From Octopus sinensis (lineage: Eukaryota), in assembly GCF_006345805.1 (NCBI RefSeq), contig NC_043002.1, forward strand, positions 74,152,001 through 74,216,000: a stretch of 64,000 nt of DNA, read 5' to 3'. The notes under the pieces are model-generated. The model saw only the letters and a program-made list of their open reading frames with translations. It was not told where the DNA came from and ran no database searches. How positions within the stretch are numbered: the stretch's first letter is position 1; each line of letters opens with the position of its first letter. Positions 54,319 through 64,000 of this stretch are shown here, piece after piece. The translations under genes and the position numbers were made by a program.

Positions 54319-57300
54319 GAAAGACAGACAGATGAATGGATAGACAAACAGAGAGAACAGTAGGGGCAACTATTCTGCAATAATTATGTAACATTATTAC
54401 AGACCAAGCAGTTTTGATATATAGTTAATTACAGAAATAAATCTAAATAGATATAGTTGATAAGAGAATGTATCATCTATTTAGAAAGATTCATTCAAGC
54501 AGCACTGCTTCAGAAAGCATTCCGGTTTACTTTACCTAAAAATGACACTGTAAAGCTGAAGACAACGGTAGACACTCCTGTAAGAAAATATTGCTATTAT
54601 GTAAAATGTCATTTAATTTTAAAAGTTGATCCCATCAGCCTCAGGGGGCTTGTGAAGGCCAGAGAAACAAACCCTTTGTTCCAGGCAAACCCAGTAAATG
54701 AATAAATACATATATAATTAAAAAGGTTTCAGACTATTAGTCCTGGTAGCAGAATCAAAGAATTATCTACAAAATGTATTTGTTCACTTTCATCCTTATT
54801 TTTTTCCCAAACTATTACAAGACCCTGAATGTTACTGAATTTTACTGGATTAAGGTGATGATCAATTATAGAAATTTACTATATTGCAGTCATAATGAAC
54901 TTGATACAATAAGTTTTATTCAACAAATTAGACAGTTACAGGACAAAGTAGATATATATATCTACTATGGAGACATATATGCAGAATACTGATTGGTTAG
55001 AATCAGGCCACTTGCATTCCTGTTTTATACATTAATCATTATAATTTATGTCAGGAGTAATGTTGATTTCTTATGTTAAGGCTCGAAGCTAATTCTTTTA
55101 ATAGTATCAGCTCTGTTTCTAGAAAGATGGATGTTAAACACTACACCACATGATTAGAACTTATGACAGTGAGGGAACAAATGAAATACAGCAATATTCA
55201 AAGTGTAGTGTTCCAACTGGGCTTGAACTCAGAGCAGTAAAGTACTGAACAAGCAGCAAAGTATTGAACAAACAGCAAAGTACTATACAGGATGATGTTT
55301 TGCTATCTTATCCAGTAATTAATATCGTAGTAACCATATAAACTCGTTATCAGTTCAAATATGTTAAAGTCATATTCAAATCTGTAAGAAAGTCATTCAC
55401 TGTATTTTGTCATGAAGAAAAATTCTTGCTGTAGACAAATAGGTGTAAACACACCAATTCTCTTCAAAGCATCCCCTATTCAAATCAAAGGATGCATGCA
55501 AATTCTGAGGAGTTATCTCTTCAGTATCAAATACCAGAAAGGAGGTGCTATGAACAGACGAGAGACCAGGTCCTTATTATATTCCACTCCACACCACACA
55601 AAGTTAAGATAGGCTGGAATGTCTTTGATCACAGGTCTGTTGGGTCAGGACAGACTCAAGACAAACCAACATGTATAAATCAGCAATTCTTCAGTTGATT
55701 GGCTGACAATCAAACAATTCTGGTCCCCAAAGAGAGAAATACTAAAAATTAAGATACTATGTAAAAAATTCTTTTAAATTTATAAATTTTCTTAGAGTTT
55801 ATCACTTATTTTTGTTAATTCATAACATAACATAAAGAAACAACTTTAAAACATCTAATTTTAATGCGAGCTGTTGGATCTTAAATACAATTAACAGATA
55901 TTGTAAAATTTTAGGTTTAAAAGCAACACTGACAAGAACCAAATATATTTAAGGTTATTAACTAACAATGACTACAGAATAAAAACAACATTTACCATAT
56001 TTCATTAACATTGCACCAGCTGTCTCAGCATATTCTTTTAGTTGGACAAGAAATATGATTGTCTGAAAATGTAATAAGAACATATTTTACAACTTGGAAC
56101 ATTTTTAAGAGGCAGCAAAAAGAAAACAGCTTTATTCTATTGTAAAATTTAGAAACTATTGCAAACATACTTTGGTCGTTGAGAACTTAGCAATTGTTTG
56201 TTCCCAATAACCAGAAATACATTTTGACATATTTCCAGTTTGATAATGATGATGGTAATTTCTTTGTATCCAAGGATCATGAGAATGAGTAGCAAGCTTC
56301 AAGTGACTTAGTAAACTGATCCTTGAGGCTGCAGGACTCTTCTTCTAGTCTGCACTTATCAGTTTTAAAGTGAGAGTTAGCCCGCACAATCCGCTCTCAT
56401 TCTTTAGATTTGGAGGTTTCACCACAGCAGCTCAGAGGGTTAAAGCAGTTGTAGTGACCAGCAAGCTGGAGTGGCCATCTCCTAGGGTTGGAGAGCTCCA
56501 GCTACCTAGGAATTGCTTGAAGGGTGTAAAGAGGGCAGTGGATTGCTTGATGGACTCCATTCTTTAATTTGCTATTGAGGTTAACTCTTCGAGCCCTTTC
56601 TTTTTCTTAAAGCAGCCATAAAGCAGTGAGGGTTTATGCTTGGAGTTCTTTTCACAGCATGCAAATTAATGCATAGTTGGGACCCTAACAGATGTTACTA
56701 CTCCAGGTCAGAGTAGACCTGGAAACAATTGGGACTAAGAGGTGGTTCCATACTCCTTTAAACCCTGGAACTTCCAAAACAGGACCCCCATTACCAAATA
56801 CAGTTTGAAGTCACACCTGGGACTATTTCTACAATTCAATACTGTGTGATATAACAGCAATGACAATTCTGTTTTAATAATCCATGTAAATATTTCAGAA
56901 CCATATAATCCATGCTAACATAATCTTTTCTAGTTCTAGGTTGCTTTTAACACTTGAAATCCTTATACTATAGGCCAACATAGAAAGGAATCTAATGTTT
57001 CCAATATGAGGGTAAAATTTCATTTTCAACCAAAACTCTCACCAGCTGTTACATATTGTTGTAAGAGATTTAAGTTTTAAAAAATGTTAAAGATACATAC
57101 AAGAAACAGAAAAGTTCAATGACTTTTCAATAGCTTTGCTTTAATGAGAAAAATACTAAATTTATTTATTGGAAGGAGAATCAAATTTTAAAAATTTATT
57201 GTATCAAACAAAATAAAAAAGGTTTCCCCAAATCTTATTTTCTTCTTGAAATACTTACATGGTTTGTTAACTCATGGACAGTTCCATCTTTGGGCATATT

Positions 57301-60300
57301 TGAGACTTTCTCAGGGTCTATCTAGAAGAAATTGGAAACAATTACTTATTAAAACTATTCAGGTGAATATTCACAGATTATATATGTAACTATGTACCAT
57401 TCAACATATTCTATGAAGAGAGGATCCTTTACCTGACAATAAGACAGTAACACATATGCATGCACATGCACACACACAGGGAGCCTTTCATCAATTTTTG
57501 GATATCCTTATTTTAAATTGTCTAATCATTCAATTTTTCTTCACTAAATGCCTTTATATTCTTTTGGTTCTTATAAATCCAGTAACAAGCAAAACTATAT
57601 TTCACCGATGAGGTCTAATAAGAGTGAAACATGTTCCAAGTAATCATTTTACTCACCAGAAATCAGACTCACTCCCACTACACAATTTTTAATCAATTTT
57701 GATTTCAGTGTTATCCTCCTCCTCTTTCTTGACAAGCATTATCATTAATGTTCACAAGTTTTCTTTTCACTCCAGGTATAATTTTGCTGTAGACAAATAG
57801 GTGTAAACATCATCATCAACATTGTTTAACGTCCGCTTTCCATGCTAGCACGGGTTGGACGATTTGACTGAGGACTGGCGAACCAGATGGCTGCATTAGG
57901 CTCCAATCTGGTCTGGCAGAGTTTCTACAGCTGGATGCCTTTCCTAACAGCAACCACTCCGAGTGGCACTGGCAACGACCTCACTCGAATGTTAAAAATT
58001 TTACAGGACCTACTACATTAAATATGTTAACTGCCAATTAGCTCTTAGGTTCTTCATGCAGAGGCATCCTTGGGGAAAATTCCAGGCTAGTTTTTATGGA
58101 ATATGTAAATAACATTTGTAGATATCCATGAATGTCATCAAGCTACTGCATTCTCATTGTAGTGAACACATACGTCAATGCAGCGCAGCTCCCAAGAATG
58201 CTAAAGAGCTTCATTTCATTCTACAGATTATATCTAATACATATCGAGTGCCAGGATTAACTTTGCTATTCACAATTGATGAAAAAAGTACCTATTGTAG
58301 GTGATGGGTTGGTAGAACTGTAACAATATTGACCAGATAGACATCCTATGGTAGTCATTCCAGTTTTAGTTTCTGAGTTCAAATCCTACTATAGCTTACT
58401 TGGATGATAAACTTAATCCCTCATCCAGTTTAACACCACTACCTGGCAACTTTGATGCCTTTAGCAGAGTCTACTCTGTTGCAAACATTCAGACCAGATC
58501 CCTACTCCAAGGATATTTCCATCTTACCCTTCCTCTCACCAGTCTTAGAGCCTTTGCAAAGGGTCATGGACATGGCCTGACTAAAAGATAAAAAAGAAAA
58601 AATATAACAGTATGTAAGACCTTGTCAAAATCCTTAAAATTTACATCATTATCTAACATCTGTTTTCCATGCTGGCAAGGGTTGGAAGGTTTGACAGGAG
58701 CTGGCAAGGGTAGGAGCCACTCCAACTTCCATAGTGTATTTTGGCTTGATTTCTACAGCTGAATGCCCATCATAATGCCAACCACTTTACAGAGTGTACT
58801 AAGTGTTTTTTTTTGTGATATGAGCATTGGTACTTTTTACATGGCACCAGCACCAGTGCCCTTCATGAGCAAGCACTATCAATGTGTATCGTTTCTGTTC
58901 TGTTGTGGTGGATGGGTTGTCTTGAGTACAGCAATGCACCATATACCTCAGTCCTTTGTCTACATAGCCATGATATTATTCTGAGTTCCTCCTTCACAAA
59001 CAGCTCTTGTATAACCAGGTTCCTGAATATTTGTTCCTAGATACATCTCATAGATGTTCTGAGATGCAACATCAGTAAAGTTTCTAGGGTGTCAGGAGGT
59101 TGAGATTTCAGCATTAGACCCAATCACCCAGTTGACCTAGCCAGGATTGATCAAGTCCCAGTTTGCATCCCAGTAACAGCAAACCACTGGTCTGCTCCCT
59201 TTATTCATAGCCACTTTGTAGCTTTCTCTACAATGTCAATAAAAGAATTTGTAGCTCTTTCTCATCACAGAGAGAACTCGACCAAAGTGAAAATGTTGTC
59301 ATCTTTGAAAGGAAGCCAAATGATTTTGACATTTTTCACAAGGAAGGAATTTCTGATATTCTTATTTTCCAAGAGTTGGGTGTTGGACTCATGATCATAA
59401 GATTGTGGTTTTGATTCCTGGACTGAGCAGTACATTGTGTTCTTGAGCAAAACACTTCATTTCAAGTTATTCCAGTCTATTCAGCAGGTAAAAATGAATA
59501 ATCCTGCGATGAACCAGCGTCCTGTCAGGGAGGAACATATATGTCAGGAGAAACTGGGAGACCGGCCCTATGTTCCTTACAGAGTGATGTGGACTAACCA
59601 ATTATTTTCCAAGAGTATAGTGAGTAGTGATGTAAATACTAACAACACCTACACCTCCCTACCTGTTGAAGACTATGGCATTAACTCTTTTGTTACCATA
59701 TTTCTGTTGAGATGCTCTGTGTTTCTTTCAATTAATTTTAAATATAACAAAGAATTTAGCAAAATAACTTAGTCATCATTAAGCTAGAGTTAGGAAAATA
59801 AATTGTGACTAAGGTTTAGTGGAAGATTTTAATTCAGAATTTTTGAAAACAAGACAATTGTATTACAGAGCCAGAGGTGGTTTCAGCCGGGTTGATATCA
59901 AAAGGGTCAATTACCATTGTCCTTTAATAGGATTGCCTGATAACAAAGTGCTAAAATAGTTTATTGTATTCATCTCATTTTTATTTTTGTGCTTTCATTT
60001 GTTTGTTTTATGTCCATTTTTTCCATGAGTTGGATGAATATGCTGAGGTACTGTTTTACAGTTGGATGTTCCTCCTGATGCTAATCCTTCCCTGTTTTGC
60101 AAAGTCACAGATCACTTATTCCACGTTGCTTCAAAGGCACAGACAATTTGTTGACAGGAGAAACTGACAACACCACTACTCACCGCACACATGTGTATGT
60201 GATTGCAGATGTAAACAAACACACAGACACATATGCACATCATCACTTAATGTCCATTTTCCATGTAGGCATCGGCTGGACAGTTTCATCAGAAATGACC

Positions 60301-61342
60301 AGCTGGAGAGCTGCCAAGGCTCTAATTGTCTGTTTGCCATAGTTTCTATGGATGGATGCCCTTCCTTACACCAACCACTTTACAGAGTGGACTGGGTGCT
60401 TTACATGTGGCACCAACACGAATGCTTCACATGTGGTACCTGCACAGGTGTTTTTTCTGACACACATACATGAAAGTTTTCTTTCAGTTTTCTGTCGACT
60501 AAATCCACTAAAGGCTTTGGTCAACCAGGGGTTGTAGAAGAAACTTGCTGGAAGTGTTACACAGTGAGGCTACAATCATAATCATGTCGTTGGAAAGCAA
60601 ACTTCTTAACCACACAACCATTTTATATATAAACATATATGACGGATTCTCTTGTCATGAACAACAAATGAAAGTTCAGTAAAATAAAGCATTGATCATG
60701 TTCTGTGGACATGAAAGTGTCACTTGAGGTTTGCTGGTGCCTCGCAAACCTTTTGGCAAATGGAACAAGTTGAGGACTCAGTTTGCTTGAGTGCTGGTGG
60801 ATTATTCACAATGTGTTTTCTTGAGTGGCCGGCTATGCCTGCTCTGCTTCATGCCACAAAACGACAATGACACAAAGTTGGTCCTGGTGTTGGAGTCCAT
60901 TTTGCTCACATTTTTGAACCGAGACGAAGCAGGACTGGTGCCAAGTCCTGCATTCTGATGTTTTGTTTTCCCAGGAAGAAAAGGGAATGTTGCAACGTTT
61001 CAGATTGTCTTTTAGTTTGTCTTTGAAGTGCAAGGAGTGGCCTTCCAACTGACTTTGGCCAAAGAGAAGTTGCTTAGGAATTCTGATATCACTCATACGT
61101 GAGAGATAACCTGACCATCTAACCTGTATGTGTGTGAGTGTATATGTGTAGTCAGTCGCCATGATAGATCGTTAGCCACTACACACATTTTTTTCTCTCC
61201 TTGTTTTTTCTGTGTCCCTTTCTGTAGAAGAGCATAGGCTCGAAACGTAAAAGACTTTTTCTATTCCTAAGCATTATACTAATACGTCTGTTTGTTTTGT
61301 ACACCACCTGTCTTTGTCTTTTGTTTTTTTCGTAAACTTTCC

Positions 61343-61391
<49 letters not shown>

Positions 61392-62988
61392 TATACACTC
61401 ACACACACATATATACTCATATACACAGACACATATATACACACTCACAAACACATGCACATGTATTGAAACAAAGTTCTTTTCCAGATATAAATAAATC
61501 ATTTGTTATTTGAAAGAAATTAGCAAGAGAGAATACTTACTTTGATGTTTTCTATGAAATCATCCAAAGCTTTTGCACCCTACAATGGAAAGGCAAAATA
61601 TAATAGAAATATGAATAGAATCACTTCTATTACAGAGAAATATTTGAGGATGAAAATATATTCTAATTTATCAGTTTTCTGAAAAGAAGTTAGGAACAAT
61701 TGAATCTAGATAAATATGGCAATGACAGAAAATGAAGATTACTTACTGTAGAATCCAGTACAGATAGCAGTGATGCCAACTTAGATCTTGTTGGAGCTTG
61801 ACAGCCCTATAAAGAATCAAAAAAGGTTTTTCTTGAAACCCTACATTGTTTAAACTATTAATATGCATAAAAAAGTGATATTTAGTTGAGGCGGGGGGGG
61901 GGGGGGTACAGAGTCAGCTTATTCAAAGATAGGGGGTTTCTTTGATGTAAAAGAATTAAGTTTCATTTTATATATATAAGTCCAGCTTTCAATTTTGTCA
62001 CTAAAAAATTTTTTTTGCATCATCATTTAATGCTGGCATGGGTTGGACAGTTTGACCAGAGCTGGCAAGCTGGAAAGCTGCACCAGGATCCCAGTCTGAT
62101 TTGGAATAGTTTCTACAGCTGGATGCCCTTCTTAAAGTGGTTGGTGTTAGGAAGGGTATCCACCCATACAAACCATGCCAAAATAGATTGGATCCTAGTG
62201 TAGCTCTTCAACTTGCCAGCCTTGGTTAAACTGTCCAACCCATGTCAGCATGGACAGCAGATGTGAAATGATGATGAGCATAGTATCTAAAGTGCCACAG
62301 ATTATTAATGATAGGTATTATAAGATTAATACAATGCTATTGTTAATATAATAAAACTGGATCCTAGTGTAGCTCTTCAACTTGCCAGCCTTGGTTAAAC
62401 TGTCCAACCCATGTCAGCATGGACAGCAGATGTGAAATGATGATGAGCATAGTATCTAAAGTGCCACAGATTATTAATGATAGGTATTATAAGATTAATA
62501 CAATGCTATTGTTAATATAATAAAACTGGATCCTAGTGTAGCTCTTCAACTTGCCAGCCTTGGTTAAACTGTCCAACCCATGTCAGCATGGACAGCAGAT
62601 GTGAAATGATGATGAGCATAGTATCTAAAGTGCCACAGATTATTAATGATATGTATTATAAGATTAATACAATGCTATTGTTAATATAATAAAACTGGAT
62701 CCTAGTGTAGCTCTTCAACTTGCCAGCCCTGGTTAAACTGTCCAACCCATGTCAGCATGGACAGCAGATGTGAAATGATGATGAGCATAGTATCTAAAGT
62801 GCCACAGATTATTAATGATAGGTATTATAAGATTAATACAATGCTATTGTTAATATAATAAAACTCACCTCTAAAGTAAGATCAAATTGTGGTTTAATGC
62901 AGCGTAAATGCTGTACAATAGGAAATATTGACAAAACTGATGTGTATTCATGACGAGCAATGTTCTTTTTAGCATTTGCAGCTATAGC
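29650..62988 (-). CDS. EXOC7: Exocyst complex component 7 (Exo70), 3' part; complement join of 62869-62988, 61747-61806, 61541-61579, 57259-57321, 55996-56062, 45565-45636, 41108-41228, 37375-37470, 35371-35452, 34404-34445, 29650-29886
   Basis: Manually spliced exons total 999 nt, all GT-AG with matching phases. The translation carries Exo70 hallmarks: GAKALDDFIENIK, NMPKDGTVHELT, IFLLNNYNYI, LKDKERQNIKDKF, GFNKELEE, FTKNPDKYIKY, FDASA*. 5' exons lie beyond 64000. Confidence 0.96.
30390..30820 (+). mobile_element. Penelope-like 3' fragment (GIY-YIG C-terminus plus decayed hammerhead)
   Basis: RKLHACIKEH...NLRISEGILIHQKKTKVNNTRE, followed by ttgaata-t-gggg tcata accc-gaaa. Confidence 0.55.
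30969..32710 (+). mobile_element. Two RTE LINE 3' fragments (30969-32255 and 32317-32710)
   Basis: High similarity to 4564-6030: LAKTKV, Cys finger, YLGDQV, RVKGRLYDACVR, 3' UTR. Confidence 0.9.
33310..33795. mobile_element. Inverted pair of tRNA-derived SINEs
   Basis: A plus copy (cttaccaacc...ggcactttgggcaggtgtcttctact) and a minus copy meet at a palindromic junction near 33525. Confidence 0.75.
34404..34445 (-). CDS. EXOC7: EXOC7 exon (LKDKERQNIKDKFT)
   Basis: 42 nt, acceptor tttcag, donor gtaagt. Confidence 0.93.
35371..35452 (-). CDS. EXOC7: EXOC7 exon (WSRVLHYILEVHKPISVQRAQQPELAK)
   Basis: 82 nt, acceptor tttttag, donor gtaatt. Confidence 0.9.
36571..36952 (+). mobile_element. Near full-length tRNA-derived SINE (abundant family; fragments near 16640, 17570, 24910, 26340, 44270, 49100, 63680)
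   Basis: Head ggagtggctgtgtggtaag...gggttcagtccc, core ggcaccttgggcaagtgtc, internal microsatellite, tail gactgaaac..gtaaaagag. Confidence 0.8.
37375..37470 (-). CDS. EXOC7: EXOC7 exon (SGLLDFIHLWNKDVGTFYDNNITEQKKNYSQS)
   Basis: 96 nt, phase 2/2, acceptor ttgcag, donor gtataa. Confidence 0.9.
38128..38347. mobile_element. piggyBac-type MITE (copies at 34537-34733 and 59685-59906)
   Basis: TTAA|CCCTTTCGTTAC ... GTAATGAAAGGG|TTAA. Confidence 0.8.
38385..40070 (+). mobile_element. RTE 3' end hosting a minisatellite
   Basis: GRSRKT*DEVLKADLKTL before the array; ggaagggcatccagc and (GAT)n tail after it. Confidence 0.75.
38533..39911. repeat. 26-bp minisatellite, about 53 copies (AAAAGCACTGATGCTGGT[G/T]CCAC[A/G]TT)
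   Basis: Period measured between 38583 and 38609; contiguous units with no spacers. Confidence 0.97.
41108..41228 (-). CDS. EXOC7: EXOC7 exon (TKVLSELGLNLTNKSETYSDQTLKYIFLLNNYNYIIKSLK)
   Basis: 121 nt, acceptor tttgcag, donor gtaagt; IFLxNNYNYI motif. Confidence 0.95.
41360..41680. mobile_element. Fold-back tRNA-head/hammerhead element, copy 2 (internally deleted)
   Basis: Same termini as copies 1 and 3; degenerate TSD aaaaatgaacgt (41348-41359) / aaaaataaatgt (41681-41692). Confidence 0.75.
42406..43382 (-). mobile_element. RTE 3' end, interrupted
   Basis: Same subfamily as 15183-16036. Confidence 0.85.
44585..44960. mobile_element. Tigger/pogo-like DNA transposon end fragment
   Basis: TA|CAGAAATCCCTTGCCATATCACAGTTCACCTATCGCG resembles pogo-type TIRs; second TIR not found. 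Confidence 0.4.
45565..45636 (-). CDS. EXOC7: EXOC7 exon (ATDPSAPSVGKDTEKSKLKLADYI)
   Basis: 72 nt, phase 1/1, acceptor ctacag, donor gtaagt. Confidence 0.88.
47612..48282 (+). mobile_element. RTE 3' fragment
   Basis: SLRVKGRLYDACV...QERRLCWFGHMIRM, tail motif. Confidence 0.85.
48418..48860 (-). mobile_element. Tc1/mariner transposase C-terminal remnant
   Basis: NIWPLNPLDYYVWGAVE...NTKDELKARI...VEANGDFIE*. Confidence 0.8.
50541..51037. mobile_element. Fold-back tRNA-head/hammerhead element, copy 3 (most complete)
   Basis: About 230-bp inverted arms; tRNA-like head 50801-50872; hammerhead motifs near 50620-50665 (-) and 50950-50992 (+, decayed); TSD gtactacaattctata at 50525-50540 and 51038-51053. 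Confidence 0.85.
51760..54182 (+). mobile_element. 5'-truncated CR1-clade LINE with a 502-aa open RT frame (52345-53853)
   Basis: NYRPVSLTS, YLDFAKAFNSVPH, GVPQGSVLGPLLF, KYADD, ERDLGI, VRPHLEFAS, TRGHAYK; (TAT)n-like tail. Confidence 0.93.
55996..56062 (-). CDS. EXOC7: EXOC7 exon (TIIFLVQLKEYAETAGAMLMKY)
   Basis: 67 nt, acceptor ttttcag, donor gtaaat; ETAGAML motif. Confidence 0.93.
57259..57321 (-). CDS. EXOC7: EXOC7 exon (IDPEKVSNMPKDGTVHELTNH)
   Basis: 63 nt, acceptor ttctag, donor gtaagt; contains the conserved PxDGTVHELT motif. Confidence 0.95.
59050..59245 (-). mobile_element. Possible Hero/R2-superfamily non-LTR 3' end
   Basis: Minus strand VEKATKWL*IK followed by tgatcaatcctggctaggtca..ctgggtga, resembling Hero 3' UTRs as I recall them; not verified. 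Confidence 0.4.
60780..61127 (-). mobile_element. RTE-BovB-like LINE C-terminal fragment
   Basis: QVRWSGYLSRMSDIRIPKQLLFGQ...FKDKLKDNLKRCNI...WE. Confidence 0.75.
61541..61579 (-). CDS. EXOC7: EXOC7 exon (GAKALDDFIENIK)
   Basis: 39 nt, acceptor ttgtag, donor gtaagt. Confidence 0.93.
61747..61806 (-). CDS. EXOC7: EXOC7 exon (GCQAPTRSKLASLLSVLDST)
   Basis: 60 nt, acceptor tttatag, donor gtaagt. Confidence 0.92.
62189..62865. repeat. 4 x 169-bp near-perfect tandem duplication
   Basis: Units start at tggatcc at 62189, 62358, 62527 and 62696. Confidence 0.97.
62869..62988 (-). CDS. EXOC7: EXOC7 exon (AIAANAKKNIARHEYTSVLSIFPIVQHLRCIKPQFDLTLE)
   Basis: 120 nt, acceptor ttccaag, donor gtgagt, phase 0/0. 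Confidence 0.93.
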
Positions 62989-64000
62989 CTTGGAAAAAGA
63001 AAAAAAACAATTAATAATATCTTGGTTTCAAATTTTGGCACAAGGCCAGTAATTTGGGGGAGTGGGCAGGTTGATTAAGTCATCCCTAGTGCTCAACTGG
63101 TACTTATTCTATCAACCCCAAAAGGATGAAAGGCATAGGAGACTTTGGCAGAATTTGAACTCAGAGTGTAAAGACAGACGAAATGCTGTTAAGGATTTTC
63201 CCTAGTGTGCTAATGATTCTGCCAGCTCACTGCCTTTAAAATAAAAATAACAACATATAATAACATATTAGAATGAAATAACAGTTCGAAAGCAGCAGAG
63301 ATTTAAATGAACAGTTAATGTGATTTTTACTTAATTTCAGATATTCTAAACATCATATTATTTTTGGTATCAAGAAATATTATGAAGGATCAGTTGGCAG
63401 AAGAGATCCTTATTCAACATTGAAAGGAGAAAAATAAATTAAAAGAAAGATTATTTTGATCTTTTACTATATTCAGCCACTGGGCAATGGCCATGTTGGG
63501 ACACTACATTTAGAGTTCTGAGACCAATGTAATTTCAGTATGGTCCTTATTTTATCGATCTCTATTTAGCAGCTAAGTTACCTTTTGGCATAAAGGGACA
63601 TGATTGAATACACTGGTTTACACTATTAGAAACAGGCACACAAACACACACATAAATATATATACATCTTTTATCTTTTACCTGTTTCAGTCATGGATTG
63701 TGACTAAGCTGGAGTATCACCTAGAAAGGTTTTAGTTGAACAAATCAATCTTAATACTTATAGTATCAGTCTCTCCTGTTAGACCATTTAGTTACAAGGA
63801 CTTAAACAAACCTACACCACCATTTGTCAAACTATAGGAGAGGGGGACAAATATAACACAAAGATACAGACATGTAAGCATGCATACACACACACACAAT
63901 GATGGCCGTCCACACAATTTCTGTCTACAAAATTCACTTATATGGCACTGGTTGTCCAAAGTGACACACAATGGGATTGAACCCAAAACCATGTGGTTGC

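Overview
AT-rich, repeat-dense animal genomic DNA. The RTE/SINE content and (TA)n/(CA)n load suggest an octopus-type cephalopod; that assignment is inference. Two host genes are supported. (1) The last 11 coding exons of exocyst subunit EXOC7/Exo70 lie on the minus strand (62988 down to 29650, 999 nt spliced, all GT-AG and phase-consistent; the 5' part is beyond the window). (2) A convergent plus-strand ORF at 23206-23637 encodes a ~143-aa TIR-like domain. The rest is mostly decayed mobile DNA: RTE and CR1-like LINEs, Penelope-like elements (PLEs), tRNA-derived SINEs, Tc1/mariner and piggyBac-type non-autonomous elements, a tandem Helitron, a 26-bp minisatellite and a 4 x 169-bp tandem duplication. 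The most notable unexplained structure is a three-copy family of fold-back elements flanked by 12-16 bp target-site duplications. In the best-preserved copy each arm joins a tRNA-like Pol III head to a minimal hammerhead-ribozyme motif, and one copy sits just 3' of the TIR ORF. Several other hammerhead variants occur, as does a PHD-like finger inside the RTE reverse transcriptase. All calls are from manual reading; no searches or folding programs were run.
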